A stretch of DNA of 64,000 nt, taken from positions 657,610-721,609 of the forward strand of contig OZ244195.1 in NCBI GenBank assembly GCA_965216685.1. The letters run 5' to 3'. The translations under genes and the position numbers were made by a program. Shown piece after piece: positions 9,966 through 19,079 of the stretch. Below the pieces are notes generated by a model, which saw only the letters and a list, made by a program, of their open reading frames with translations, had not been told where the DNA came from and did not search any database. How positions within the stretch are numbered: position 1 is the stretch's first letter; the number at the start of each line of letters is the position of its first letter. This stretch comes from Acidimicrobiales bacterium. GTDB lineage: Bacteria > Actinomycetota > Acidimicrobiia > Acidimicrobiales > SZUA-35.

Positions 9966-10010
9966 AATTGCAGTAGAAAACGAGGCTACCCCTCGTTTTC
10001 TACTGCAATT
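9966..10010. repeat. family-A palindromic repeat, copy 1 (20-bp perfect stem, 5-nt loop)
   Basis: AATTGCAGTAGAAAACGAGG ctacc CCTCGTTTTCTACTGCAATT. Lies between convergent genes. The right arm encodes the last codons and TAG stop of the minus-strand gene. Confidence 0.85.
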
Positions 10011-10800
10011 CTTTGGAGTCGGGGACGCTCGACAGGTGGCGGGGCTGGCCCATGAAGACGCCGTCGCCGGCCGGGAGGACCTTGGCCGTCTCAACGAAGA
10101 ACTTCCGGGCCTGGTTGCCCACCATCCGGACGAAGCCGTAGTTGGCCGTGCCTCCGACCACGGCGCCCACACCGAAGGGCAACAGCTTACCGATGGCCAG
10201 GGCACTGCGGCGGGTTCCGTACTTGGCCACGACTTGTCCGGCCAGATCGGTGTTGATGCGACGCAGAGCGTCGAGGGTGAGGGCATCTCCCCCGGCCACG
10301 CCGGCCGCTCGTTGGCCGAGACCGTCGCCGGCCGCCGTTTGACCGGCGGCGTCGAGCAGTGAGGCGAACTTGTCGGCCGATTCCTCACCGAAGGCCAGCA
10401 CCGCCAGCACCCAGGCTCGACGTTCCTCCTCGGTTGCTTCGGTCAAGCCGTTGGCGGCTCCGATGGCCATGATCAGATCGGTGGCCCGCATTCCGAACCA
10501 GGCCATATCGGCGGCCAGGGCGCCGGCTGCGGTGGCGGTACCCACAACCGGAGCGGCGGCGATGGCCCCGGTGGCGGCACCGACCAGAGTCAGCTCCTTC
10601 TTGAACCGGGAGATGATGGCCGCGGTCTTCTCCTCGGCGGAATCGCCGTCGGCTTCGGCCGCGATCTCCAAGGCGTCGTCCCAACGCCGCTCCACCGCGG
10701 TGTCAACCGCTTTCAGCACCGCCTTGCCAAGAACATCGAGGGCCGGCCCCGGCACGTTCTCGACGGCCTTCTTCTGTAGGTACTTACTGATTTTCGACAT
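10000..10800 (-). CDS. EcsC-family-like membrane-associated protein
   Basis: Likely start is ATG 10800 (MSKISKYLQ). Gly/Ala-rich hydrophobic core. The C-terminal GKLLPFGVGAVVGGTANYGF..ARKFF resembles EcsC (recalled, not searched). Confidence 0.55.
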   Translation of the reverse strand: MSKISKYLQKKAVENVPGPALDVLGKAVLKAVDTAVERRWDDALEIAAEADGDSAEEKTAAIISRFKKELTLVGAATGAIAAAPVVGTATAAGALAADMAWFGMRATDLIMAIGAANGLTEATEEERRAWVLAVLAFGEESADKFASLLDAAGQTAAGDGLGQRAAGVAGGDALTLDALRRINTDLAGQVVAKYGTRRSALAIGKLLPFGVGAVVGGTANYGFVRMVGNQARKFFVETAKVLPAGDGVFMGQPRHLSSVPDSKELQ

Positions 10801-10882
10801 GGATCCGCTCTCCCGATTCACATCAACGATAACCGATGCCGTCGCCGGGGCATCGCCGGGCCCAACGTCAGTCCGGCCGGGT

Positions 10883-11245
10883 TCAGCCGGGGATGAAGAC
10901 CGTTCGCAAGGCGAGGCCCATGATGAACAGCCCGCCGAACCCGTAGAGCAGGTACTGCCAGCGCATGATCTGATGCCGGTACGAGTAGATGAGTGCCACC
11001 GACAGCAGGGCGATGAACCCGTAGAACTGGTGGATGCCGGCCACCTCCCGGCCGCTCGTGCGCAGAAACACCACTCCAAGGACGACTTCGATCCCGATCA
11101 GCACCTGGGCCACGGCGGTGGCCGGCCACAGGGCCCGGTGGCGGGCGGCCGGGACCCAGTGGGCAACCAGGGCCCACAGCCCGACCAGACCGTTGGCGAA
11201 CACCACCGTCCACCCCAGCACCCGGTGCGCAACCTCCAGCGACAT
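10883..11245 (-). CDS. small integral membrane protein (4 TM)
   Basis: 120 aa with four clear hydrophobic helices and GC3-rich codons. Confidence 0.6.
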   Translation of the reverse strand: MSLEVAHRVLGWTVVFANGLVGLWALVAHWVPAARHRALWPATAVAQVLIGIEVVLGVVFLRTSGREVAGIHQFYGFIALLSVALIYSYRHQIMRWQYLLYGFGGLFIMGLALRTVFIPG

Positions 11246-11299
11246 CGCCTACAGGGTAGTGCCGTGTCCGCTGACGTTGGTTCGGGACCAGCGCGACCG

Positions 11300-11345
11300 T
11301 TGTGTGCGCTCCGGCGTTCACATGTGAACGCCGGAGCGCACACAA
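11300..11345. repeat. family-B hairpin H1: 46-bp perfect palindrome
   Basis: TTGTGTGCGCTCCGGCGTTCACA|TGTGAACGCCGGAGCGCACACAA. Lies in the divergent intergenic region. Confidence 0.85.
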
Positions 11346-11393
11346 CCGGGATCCGATGCCGGACCGCGGGGTCAGCCGTGAAATAGTGGGAGG

Positions 11394-11690
11394 GTGCGTC
11401 ACCGTCGCTACTACATACGAACGCTGTCGACATCGGGACGGGCCGTGCCCTCGACCGGAGGCGATCTCATCGTGGCGGCCAAGGACCAGACCGGCGACCT
11501 CGACTGGGAACTCATCCACCGGTCGAGCCGGCGCCATGAGATCGCCCAGGAACCCTACGATCTCGAAATGTCGGGGCCCGAAGGCGACTTCAGCGGACCG
11601 GCCATACTGGTCAGATCGGATGGTCACTCCCATGTCTTTCGCGGGGTCGGCCGCCTCGACGGTTTCGATCCAGATGAGTTGAGCGGCTGA
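11394..11690 (+). CDS. hypothetical protein
   Basis: GC3-rich ORF. An alternative GTG start at about 11472 is preceded by GGAGG. No recognisable motif. Confidence 0.4.
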   Translation: MRHRRYYIRTLSTSGRAVPSTGGDLIVAAKDQTGDLDWELIHRSSRRHEIAQEPYDLEMSGPEGDFSGPAILVRSDGHSHVFRGVGRLDGFDPDELSG

Positions 11691-11744
11691 CCGTCGGCGG
11701 TCGGGGCCGCGATCAGCGTCCAGGTCCGGCGCCGTTACCATGGG

Positions 11745-12533
11745 ATGGTGTATTCGACCGAGTTGGTTTCCGAGACGGTCCGGCCGAGCCCGATATTCTT
11801 CCTGATTGTCGCACTGACCGTGGTCACCGGTTGGCTGACCACAACCGACCTGATTTCGACCGGCGTGGCGGTGTTCCTGTTCATCCTGGTGGCGTGGACC
11901 CTGTCGCTCATCTTCCACGAGTTCGCCCATGCCTTCGTGGCCTGGCGTAGCGGAGACCGCAGTATCTACCAGCGGGGATATCTCACGCTCGACCCCCGCA
12001 AGTACACCCATCCGGTGGTGTCGTTGATCCTGCCGCTCATTTTCATCATGCTCGGCGGTATCGCCCTTCCCGGTGGGGCGGTGATGATCAATCGGGCCGC
12101 CCTCAACAACAGCCAGGCCACCTTGGTGGCGCTGGCCGGCCCGTTCACGAACCTGGCCTTCGGAGCCGTCAGTCTGCTGGCGGTGGCCAATGGTGTGGTC
12201 GATCCGGTGGCCCAACCGGCCCTGACCCGGGCGGTGGCCTTCTTCGGTTTCCTCCAGATCTTCGTCTTTGTACTCAACATGTTGCCCATTCCCGGTCTCG
12301 ACGGTTACGCCGCCATCGAGCCGTCGCTACCGGAGTCGACCCGGCAGTTGATGCGGCCGGTCAGGAATTACGCCTTCCTGATCCTCATCTTTCTGCTGTT
12401 CTACGCCGAGTGGGCCCAGCGCTGGTTCTTCGGGCTGGTGTTCTTCATCCTCGATGCCTTCGGGGTCGACAACGACCTCTACCGGGAGGGCTACGAGCTG
12501 TTCCGATTCTGGGGCGAACTGAGCGTGTTCTAG
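11745..12533 (+). CDS. site-2 protease family (peptidase M50) metalloprotease
   Basis: HEFAHAFVA (HExxH) inside a TM helix. Several further TM segments. Confidence 0.8.
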   Translation: MVYSTELVSETVRPSPIFFLIVALTVVTGWLTTTDLISTGVAVFLFILVAWTLSLIFHEFAHAFVAWRSGDRSIYQRGYLTLDPRKYTHPVVSLILPLIFIMLGGIALPGGAVMINRAALNNSQATLVALAGPFTNLAFGAVSLLAVANGVVDPVAQPALTRAVAFFGFLQIFVFVLNMLPIPGLDGYAAIEPSLPESTRQLMRPVRNYAFLILIFLLFYAEWAQRWFFGLVFFILDAFGVDNDLYREGYELFRFWGELSVF

Positions 12534-12550
12534 GGACCCGGGCCCGGGGC

Positions 12551-13692
12551 TCAGGCGATGGCACCGCTTTGACGCAGCGCCGCCACCTCGTGGGCGTCGA
12601 ATCCCAACCGGGTAAGGACAGCATCGGTGTGTTGTCCCGGGTGGGCCGCCGGGCCGGCTACCGAGGCGCCGGTTCGGGAGAAGCGGGGGGCCGGGGCGGC
12701 CTGGGTCATGCCGCCGTTCTCGATGAAGGTCTTGCGGGCCACATTGTGAGGGTGACGGGTCGCCTCCTCCATCGACAGTACCGGAGCAAAGCAGACGTCG
12801 CTGTGCTCCATCAGCTCACACCACTCGTCACGGCTCTTGGCCTTGAAGATCTGGGCCATCCGGTCCTTCATCTCCGGCCAGCGAGTCTGATCATGCTGGC
12901 GGCCGAACGTTTCCTCATCCAGTCCGGCCAGCCGCTTCAGCTCGGCGTAGAACTGGGTTCGAGCGATCCGATCGACACATACTTGCCGTCGGCGCACTCG
13001 TAGACGTCGTAGAACGGAGCTCCGGTGTCGAGCAGGTTGGTGCCCCGTTCGGAACCCCACATGCCGGCGGCCTTCAGCCCCCAGACGAAGTTGATGAGTA
13101 CGGCCGATCCGTCGACCATGGCGGCGTCCACCACCTGCCCCTGGCCCGACTGCCGGGCCTCCAACATGGCGCACACCATCCCGAAGGCCAGCATCATGCC
13201 TCCCCCGCCGAAGTCGCCGATCAGGTTGATGGGTGGCGTGGGCGGCTGATCCTTGCGCCCCAGCGGTTCCAGGGCGCCGGCCAGGGCGATGTAGTTGATG
13301 TCGTGCCCGGCGGCCGAGGCATAGGGGCCGTCCTGGCCCCAGCCGGTCATGCGACCGTAGACAAGCCGGGGTTTGCGGGCCAGGCAGACCTCCGGTCCCA
13401 GGCCCAGCCGCTCGGTCACTCCGGGCCGGAAGCCTTCGATCAGGCCGTCGGCCTGCTCGACGAGTCGCAGCACGGACTCGACCCCGTCGGGGTGTTTGAG
13501 GTCGACGGCGACCGACTGGCGGCCCCGCCCCAACACGTCGGGCGGCGGCCGATCGGGGGCCGATTCGGGAACAGCCGACGACCGATCGATGCGGATCACG
13601 TCGGCCCCCATGTCGCTCAACATCATCCCGCAGAAGGGTCCGGGCCCGATTCCGGCCAACTCGATGATTGTGACGCCATGCAGTGGTCCCAT
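12551..13692 (-). pseudogene. alpha-methylacyl-CoA racemase / family III CoA-transferase, interrupted by a 1-nt frameshift
   Basis: N-terminal 245 aa ([20 protein letters not shown]...YVSIGSLEP) are in ORF 12937..13875. The C-terminal part ([12 protein letters not shown]...) is in ORF 12551..13705. The frames switch at a CCC run (plus-strand GGG 12955-12957). Confidence 0.75.
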
Positions 13693-13753
13693 GGCCCAAC
13701 AACATAGGTCACAGCTGCGGTTCGTAACGACTTCGGCCCGGCCCGGCGCCTGA

Positions 13754-14692
13754 TCAGCCTTGGGCCGTGGAGGCCTCGACCTCTGCCGCCAACTCGGCCA
13801 CGGCCTCGGCCAGCAGACCCCAGCGGGAGGCCGGTAGATCGTGACCCATACCGTCGACCTCGACGAGGCGGGCACCGGGTATCACCGCTGCGGTGTGTCG
13901 GCCGCCGTCGGGTTGGATCAGCGTGTCGGCCGAGCCATGAATGACGAGCGTGGGCACGGTGAGGGCGGCCAGATCGTCGTCCCGGTTGCCGGAGGCGATG
14001 ATGGCCCGGAACTGACGCCCGGTCCCGTCGACGTCGATTCCGTGCTCCAGCAGGCGGCGGGCCCGGTCTCGGGCCTTGTCGGGGTCCCACGAGTCGGAGG
14101 TGGCCCAGATCCGACCGGTGGCCACGGTGTGATCCAGCCAGCCTTCCATGTCGCGGGGCGGGGTATCGACCAACGCCTTGTGGGCCTCGGGGGTGGACCG
14201 GCCGTACCCGGGGTTCCCGGTCGACGACATGACCGAAGTCATCGATCGGACCCGATCGGGGTGGTTGATGGCCAGGGTCTGAGCAATCATCCCACCCATC
14301 GACTGGCCGAAGACATGGGCCTGTTGCCAGCCCACTGCGTCCAGTACGGCGGTGGCGTCGCGGGCCATGTCCACCAGGGTGTAAGGCGGCTGGTGGAAGT
14401 CGTGGTCGTCGGCGGTGCGATCTTCGGCCACCCGGCTGGAGTGGCCGACGTCGCGGTTGTCGAACCGGGCCACGGAGAAGCCCCGCTCGACGAATCGGGC
14501 CACGAACCCCTCCTCATAGGCCACCAGCGGCGAGCCCAGACCATTGATCATCAGCAGGGGCCGACCTGGTCCGGTGGCCGGATGGTGGACCGTCCAGAAC
14601 AGGTCGACGGTGGCCTCCGACCCCGAGTTGTCGAGAGGAGCCCTGGTGGTGCCCGAGACCGACGGTGGCGGGAATTCGGCTGGGGTGTCCAT
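13754..14692 (-). CDS. alpha/beta hydrolase
   Basis: GQSMGG nucleophile elbow. Likely start is ATG 14692 (MDTPAEF). Confidence 0.8.
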   Translation of the reverse strand: MDTPAEFPPPSVSGTTRAPLDNSGSEATVDLFWTVHHPATGPGRPLLMINGLGSPLVAYEEGFVARFVERGFSVARFDNRDVGHSSRVAEDRTADDHDFHQPPYTLVDMARDATAVLDAVGWQQAHVFGQSMGGMIAQTLAINHPDRVRSMTSVMSSTGNPGYGRSTPEAHKALVDTPPRDMEGWLDHTVATGRIWATSDSWDPDKARDRARRLLEHGIDVDGTGRQFRAIIASGNRDDDLAALTVPTLVIHGSADTLIQPDGGRHTAAVIPGARLVEVDGMGHDLPASRWGLLAEAVAELAAEVEASTAQG

Positions 14693-14799
14693 GGCCTCAC
14701 CAGGATCACACCTACCGTGGGCCAACACCCCATCGGATGAGACTAATCTCAAGGAATTCGCCAGCGGAACGAGCGGTTCCTGCTTGGGAGCGTACGAAC

Positions 14800-15510
14800 A
14801 TGGCAACCAAGAACAACTCCAAGAAGCGTGACCGGCGGGGGGCGAACAACGACGACCGGCCGCTGATCACCAGCCGCACGGTGGCGGTGGTTGTGGTGCT
14901 GCTGGCGGCCATGGGCCTGCTGTCGGCCCGATTCGGCCTGGGCCCCGATTCCGAACCGGTAGCGGCCATTGGCGCCGACGGCGATCAGGCCGAGGGCAAT
15001 CAGGTCGAGGGTGAAACCGAGGCGACGGCTCCCCAACTGGCGGCAGCACCGCCCGATTTCGGACCGGCGGCGGAGCTGACGGATCTCGACGGTTGGATCA
15101 ACACCGAGGCCGATGTCAGCGGCCTGGCCTCCTACGACGGTCAGGTCCGCATCGTCAAGTTCTGGACCTTCGGCTGCTTCAACTGCAAGAACACGCTCCC
15201 CCATCTCAAGGAGATCTACAACCGCTACCACCCCGAGGGTCTGGAGATCATCGCCGTTCACGCCCCCGAGTTCGATTACGAGGCCGATCCGGTCAACATC
15301 AACGCTGCCGTGGTCGAACAGGGCATCGTCTGGCCGGTGGCCCTGGACACCTCCAAGACCAACTTCCGGTCATGGCAAGGCGATCGGCGGTTCTGGCCTC
15401 GTATCTATGTCCTCGACCAGAACGGCAACATTCGTTTCGACCACATCGGCGAGGGGGCCTACGACGAACTGGAGGCCACGGTGGCCTACCTGCTGGCCAA
15501 CGGTGCATGA
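14800..15510 (+). CDS. membrane-anchored thioredoxin-like thiol-disulfide oxidoreductase (TlpA/ResA-like)
   Basis: Start at ATG 14800. N-terminal TM anchor. FGCFNC (CxxC) in a thioredoxin fold. Confidence 0.8.
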   Translation: MATKNNSKKRDRRGANNDDRPLITSRTVAVVVVLLAAMGLLSARFGLGPDSEPVAAIGADGDQAEGNQVEGETEATAPQLAAAPPDFGPAAELTDLDGWINTEADVSGLASYDGQVRIVKFWTFGCFNCKNTLPHLKEIYNRYHPEGLEIIAVHAPEFDYEADPVNINAAVVEQGIVWPVALDTSKTNFRSWQGDRRFWPRIYVLDQNGNIRFDHIGEGAYDELEATVAYLLANGA

Positions 15511-15554
15511 GAATGCCGGCCCGGCCCTCCCTCGAGCCCTAAGCTGATCTGACG

Positions 15555-16148
15555 ATGTCGACGTTGTTGTTGCTGGCTGAAGGGTTCGAGTCGGCCCAGC
15601 TGCCGTGCACCCTGGTCTTGCTGGTAACCGGGATCGCCGTCGGCATGACGGCCCGGGAGACGGCCATCCCGGCCATGGTGGCGTTCTGGCTCTCTGTGCT
15701 GGTTTTCAGCTGGACCCGGTTCAGCGACCGAGGCGCCGGCTGGCCGGCCCTGATCGCCGCCTTGGCCTTGATGGTGGCAGTCATCATCCTGTTCCTGCCT
15801 CCCATCAGGCGACTCGACCTGGTGGCCGTGGCCGCCGGGGCGCTGGTCGGCCTGGCCGCCGCCGAGCTGTGGCTTCCGTGCGTGGGCGAACAGTTCGGCG
15901 GGCTACTGTCCGAGTTGCCCGACCGGGGTCTGTCGGGTCTCATCCTGATGGGCATCTTCCTGCTCGGGACCCTCTCCCCCATCTTGGCTCTGGCTGCCAT
16001 CCACCACCTGATCCCCGACTGGATCCTGGAGCGGGCCGAGCCGGTGTGGTCCATCGTTGGTGGCTTCGTACTGTCGGCGTTGGCCGTGGCCACCGCCCTC
16101 GGCTTCCACGAGACGATCGTGGGCTGGCTCTTCGAATGGAGCGTGTGA
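15555..16148 (+). CDS. CcdA/DsbD-like cytochrome c biogenesis (reductant transfer) membrane protein
   Basis: About 6 TM segments. Cys in LPCTL and LPCVG. Sits next to the TlpA-like gene. Confidence 0.6.
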   Translation: MSTLLLLAEGFESAQLPCTLVLLVTGIAVGMTARETAIPAMVAFWLSVLVFSWTRFSDRGAGWPALIAALALMVAVIILFLPPIRRLDLVAVAAGALVGLAAAELWLPCVGEQFGGLLSELPDRGLSGLILMGIFLLGTLSPILALAAIHHLIPDWILERAEPVWSIVGGFVLSALAVATALGFHETIVGWLFEWSV

Positions 16149-16150
16149 CG

Positions 16151-17251
16151 CTACACCGGGGCCCCGGGGCCGGACACGGCGTCGAGCAGCTCGTATTCGG
16201 CTTCGGTGTCCACGAAGTCCTCGAACTGGATGACCCGCATCTCCTCGAACCGGCGACGTAGCCAGCCGTTGTTGGCGTCGAGCAGACCCAGCTTCTTGCA
16301 GTTGGGGACGATCTTGGCGAACAGCATCTGCTGGAAGGGGTCCTCGTTGGGATCGGCGGCGCTGAACACCGAGATGCCCTCACGGACATCGATGCCGACT
16401 CGTTCCCACACCTCCTGGCGGCGGAACCGGTCCCGCATCCTGACCGCAGCGTCGTAGGCGAACTCCTGGCGCTCGAACAGCTCGGCCTCCGACAGCCCGC
16501 CGTAGAACTCCTGGAGGCTGAGCACACCAAAGGCCACGTGGCGGGCTTCGTCGCTCATCACGTAGCGCAGCAGTTGCTTGAGCAGGGGATCCTCGGTTCG
16601 TTGCATCATGTTGCCGAAGGCGGCCAGGGCCAGTCCCTCGATCATGATCTGCATGCCCAGGTAGGTCATGTCCCAGCGGTGATCGCCGATGATGTCGTCG
16701 AGCAGGGCCTGCAGGTGCACATTGACGGGGTAGAACCCGTCGATCTTGGTGTCGAGGTACTTGGCGAAGACCTCGACGTGGCGGGCCTCGTCCATGACCT
16801 GGGTGGCGGCGTAGTACTTGGCGTCGATCCAGGGAACGGTCTCGACGATCTTGGCCGTGCAAACCAACGCGCCCTGCTCACCGTGGAGGAACTGGCTGAG
16901 GCTCCAGGCGTTGGTTTCCATCTCCAGGGCCAGCCACTCCTTCTCGGTCCAGGTCTGGAACGAGGTATTGGTGACGTCGATCCCGAACTCCAGAAGGTTG
17001 TCCCGGTTGGGCAGACCACGGCGGCGGATCATCTCCTCCTGGTCGACCTCGATCGACCAGTCGAGGTCGGTTTCGCCGTTCCACTGCGAACCCTTGGCCT
17101 TCTCGTAGAGCTTGTTGAGTCCGGCCCTGGCCCCCTTCTCGTAGTCCCAGGTGAAGATGGTGTCGGCGTTGTTGGTGACGGTGCGCACCGTGACGTCGAC
17201 GTCGTCGTTGGCCTGAACCAGTAGGTCCATGTCCTCGGTGTTGTACGGCAT
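16151..17251 (-). CDS. ferritin-like diiron oxygenase (AurF-like family)
   Basis: Two E..H iron-ligand motifs (DEARHVEVF, SDEARHVAF). Start at ATG 17251 (MPYNTED). Confidence 0.7.
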   Translation of the reverse strand: MPYNTEDMDLLVQANDDVDVTVRTVTNNADTIFTWDYEKGARAGLNKLYEKAKGSQWNGETDLDWSIEVDQEEMIRRRGLPNRDNLLEFGIDVTNTSFQTWTEKEWLALEMETNAWSLSQFLHGEQGALVCTAKIVETVPWIDAKYYAATQVMDEARHVEVFAKYLDTKIDGFYPVNVHLQALLDDIIGDHRWDMTYLGMQIMIEGLALAAFGNMMQRTEDPLLKQLLRYVMSDEARHVAFGVLSLQEFYGGLSEAELFERQEFAYDAAVRMRDRFRRQEVWERVGIDVREGISVFSAADPNEDPFQQMLFAKIVPNCKKLGLLDANNGWLRRRFEEMRVIQFEDFVDTEAEYELLDAVSGPGAPV

Positions 17252-17397
17252 GATCAGTCCCTTTACCACTGCGGCGTTTCGTGGGCGGCGCCCGTCTCGA
17301 CAATGATAACGCAAACGGCCCATCGCCCTTACACCGTCAGACGACCTGTTCGGTCCAACGTTCGACCGGTTGGGCCGCCGTGAGCCACCATGGTCCA

Positions 17398-18204
17398 ATG
17401 ACCAACACCGATCAGCCGGTCGCCCTGACCGCCAACACGACCACCGCGGTCGACGACTGGCCCACGATGGTGGCCGACCTCAACCGACTACTACGGCTCA
17501 AGACCACCCCGATCGGCATGAAGCTGTTCGAGACGGCGACCGAGATGGAAGCGGTGCCCCGCATTCGTCGGCCGCAGAACATCCATACCGCCGATCAGAT
17601 CGTGTCCATGGCGTCACGCCTCAGCTGGACCGTCGGTATCACCAACGACGATCTGGTCGGTTCACAGTGCGGCGCCGTGCTCGGCCTGCGACCGCAGGAC
17701 GACGAGTGGCGTAGCGGAGCTCATATGGCCGGCGTGTGGTTCGAAACCGATGACGATGCCGCCCTCCACCAGGAGGCCATGGCTGTGGTCCCGGCCGGCC
17801 GGTTCGCAGCCATGGCCGTCTCCCCGCTGGTCACCGGGCGGCTCGATCCGCCTGACATCTGCCTGATCTACGCCAACCCGGCTCAGATGATCCTGTTCAT
17901 CAACGGGCTGCAGTGGGCCGGCTACCACAAGCTGGAGTGGGCCTGTGTTGGCGAGTCCTCATGCGCCGATTCGTGGGGTCGGGCCTTGGCCACCGGCGAG
18001 CCCAGCCTGTCGATCCCCTGCTTCGCCGAGCGACGCTACGGCGGGGTGCCCGATGACGAGCTGCTGATGGCCCTGCCCCCGTCCTACCTGCCGAAGGTGG
18101 TGGCCGGGTTGGAGGCGCTGTCGGCCAACGGCCTCCGCTACCCCATACCGCCCTACGGCATCCAATCCGACGCCCGAGCCGGCCTGGGCGCCTCCTACGG
18201 CTGA
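17398..18204 (+). CDS. DUF169-like protein
   Basis: Start at ATG 17398. LKTTPIGMKLF...IRRPQNIHTADQ resembles the DUF169/COG2043 pattern (recalled). Confidence 0.55.
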   Translation: MTNTDQPVALTANTTTAVDDWPTMVADLNRLLRLKTTPIGMKLFETATEMEAVPRIRRPQNIHTADQIVSMASRLSWTVGITNDDLVGSQCGAVLGLRPQDDEWRSGAHMAGVWFETDDDAALHQEAMAVVPAGRFAAMAVSPLVTGRLDPPDICLIYANPAQMILFINGLQWAGYHKLEWACVGESSCADSWGRALATGEPSLSIPCFAERRYGGVPDDELLMALPPSYLPKVVAGLEALSANGLRYPIPPYGIQSDARAGLGASYG

Positions 18205-18980
18205 GAGCCTCGCATACCCCGCCAGCCCCGCTTCATCAGCGAGACCTGAGCCCACAACGACCACAGCGACAGGAGGAACCCGCCCAGGGCCGACAACCGG
18301 ATCCAGTTCTTCAACGAGTTGACCGTCGACTCTATGAGGTCTCCGGCATCCGACACCCGGGACTGCATGGCGTCGATCCGATCGCCGATTCGAGAGGCCT
18401 CGGTCGCCGTCAACGAATCGGCGGAAAGGGCCACCGCCACCGACTCGTCGGCCCCTTGCTGAAACTCGGCCAGCGAGGCCGACAGCTCCGACTTGTCGAC
18501 CGGCAGCCAGCGATACAGGACGTGGTCGTCGACGGCGGAGAACGCCTGGGAGGCCGAGGATGCGGTGTCACTCAGACCGTCGATCCGGGCCTGCAACTCG
18601 CTGAACTCCGAACCATCGACCCCATCTCGGTCGATCAGGTCGTCGGTCTGATCGATGCGGGTCTCCAACCGGTCGACGGCGGCGATCAGGGGCTCGGCTG
18701 TGGTTTCGGCCACGTCGGTGGCGGCGAAACCGAAGCGGATGGAGACGGCCAGGAGGGCAAACGACAACAGGCAGCCGAGGATTCCCAGGACGGCGGCCAG
18801 GACCCCGGCCAATCGACCGCCGAGGCCCCCCCGTTTGCGTTTGATCAGCGCCGGCGGAACGACGGTATCGCCGTCGACCCCTTCGAGCACGCTGTGACCG
18901 GGATCAGCTTCCGCCTCGCCACCGGCCAACGGCTGGAGTTCGGCGGCATCGCCGTTCGACTTGTTGTCATCGCCACTCAT
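18195..18980 (-). CDS. membrane protein with two TM helices flanking a coiled-coil-like domain
   Basis: Start at ATG 18980 (MSGDDNK). TM helices at about residues 55-80 and 225-245. Asp/Ser-rich helical middle. Confidence 0.5.
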   Translation of the reverse strand: MSGDDNKSNGDAAELQPLAGGEAEADPGHSVLEGVDGDTVVPPALIKRKRGGLGGRLAGVLAAVLGILGCLLSFALLAVSIRFGFAATDVAETTAEPLIAAVDRLETRIDQTDDLIDRDGVDGSEFSELQARIDGLSDTASSASQAFSAVDDHVLYRWLPVDKSELSASLAEFQQGADESVAVALSADSLTATEASRIGDRIDAMQSRVSDAGDLIESTVNSLKNWIRLSALGGFLLSLWSLWAQVSLMKRGWRGMRGSQP

Positions 18981-19079
18981 GGTCTCGCCTCGACTTTCGG
19001 CCATCCATCCTGGCCCACGGCCAAATGGTAGGCCAACCGGAAGTCGTGCAGGCGCAGTATCAACTTCTATCGTGTTGCC

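Noticed and set aside
11316-11331. TCACA/TGTGA half-sites in the centre of palindrome H1, considered as a CRP/GlxR-type operator.
   Set aside because: The half-sites are in the inverted order with zero spacing (TTCACATGTGAA) rather than TGTGA-N6-TCACA. The motif is a trivial consequence of the larger palindrome.
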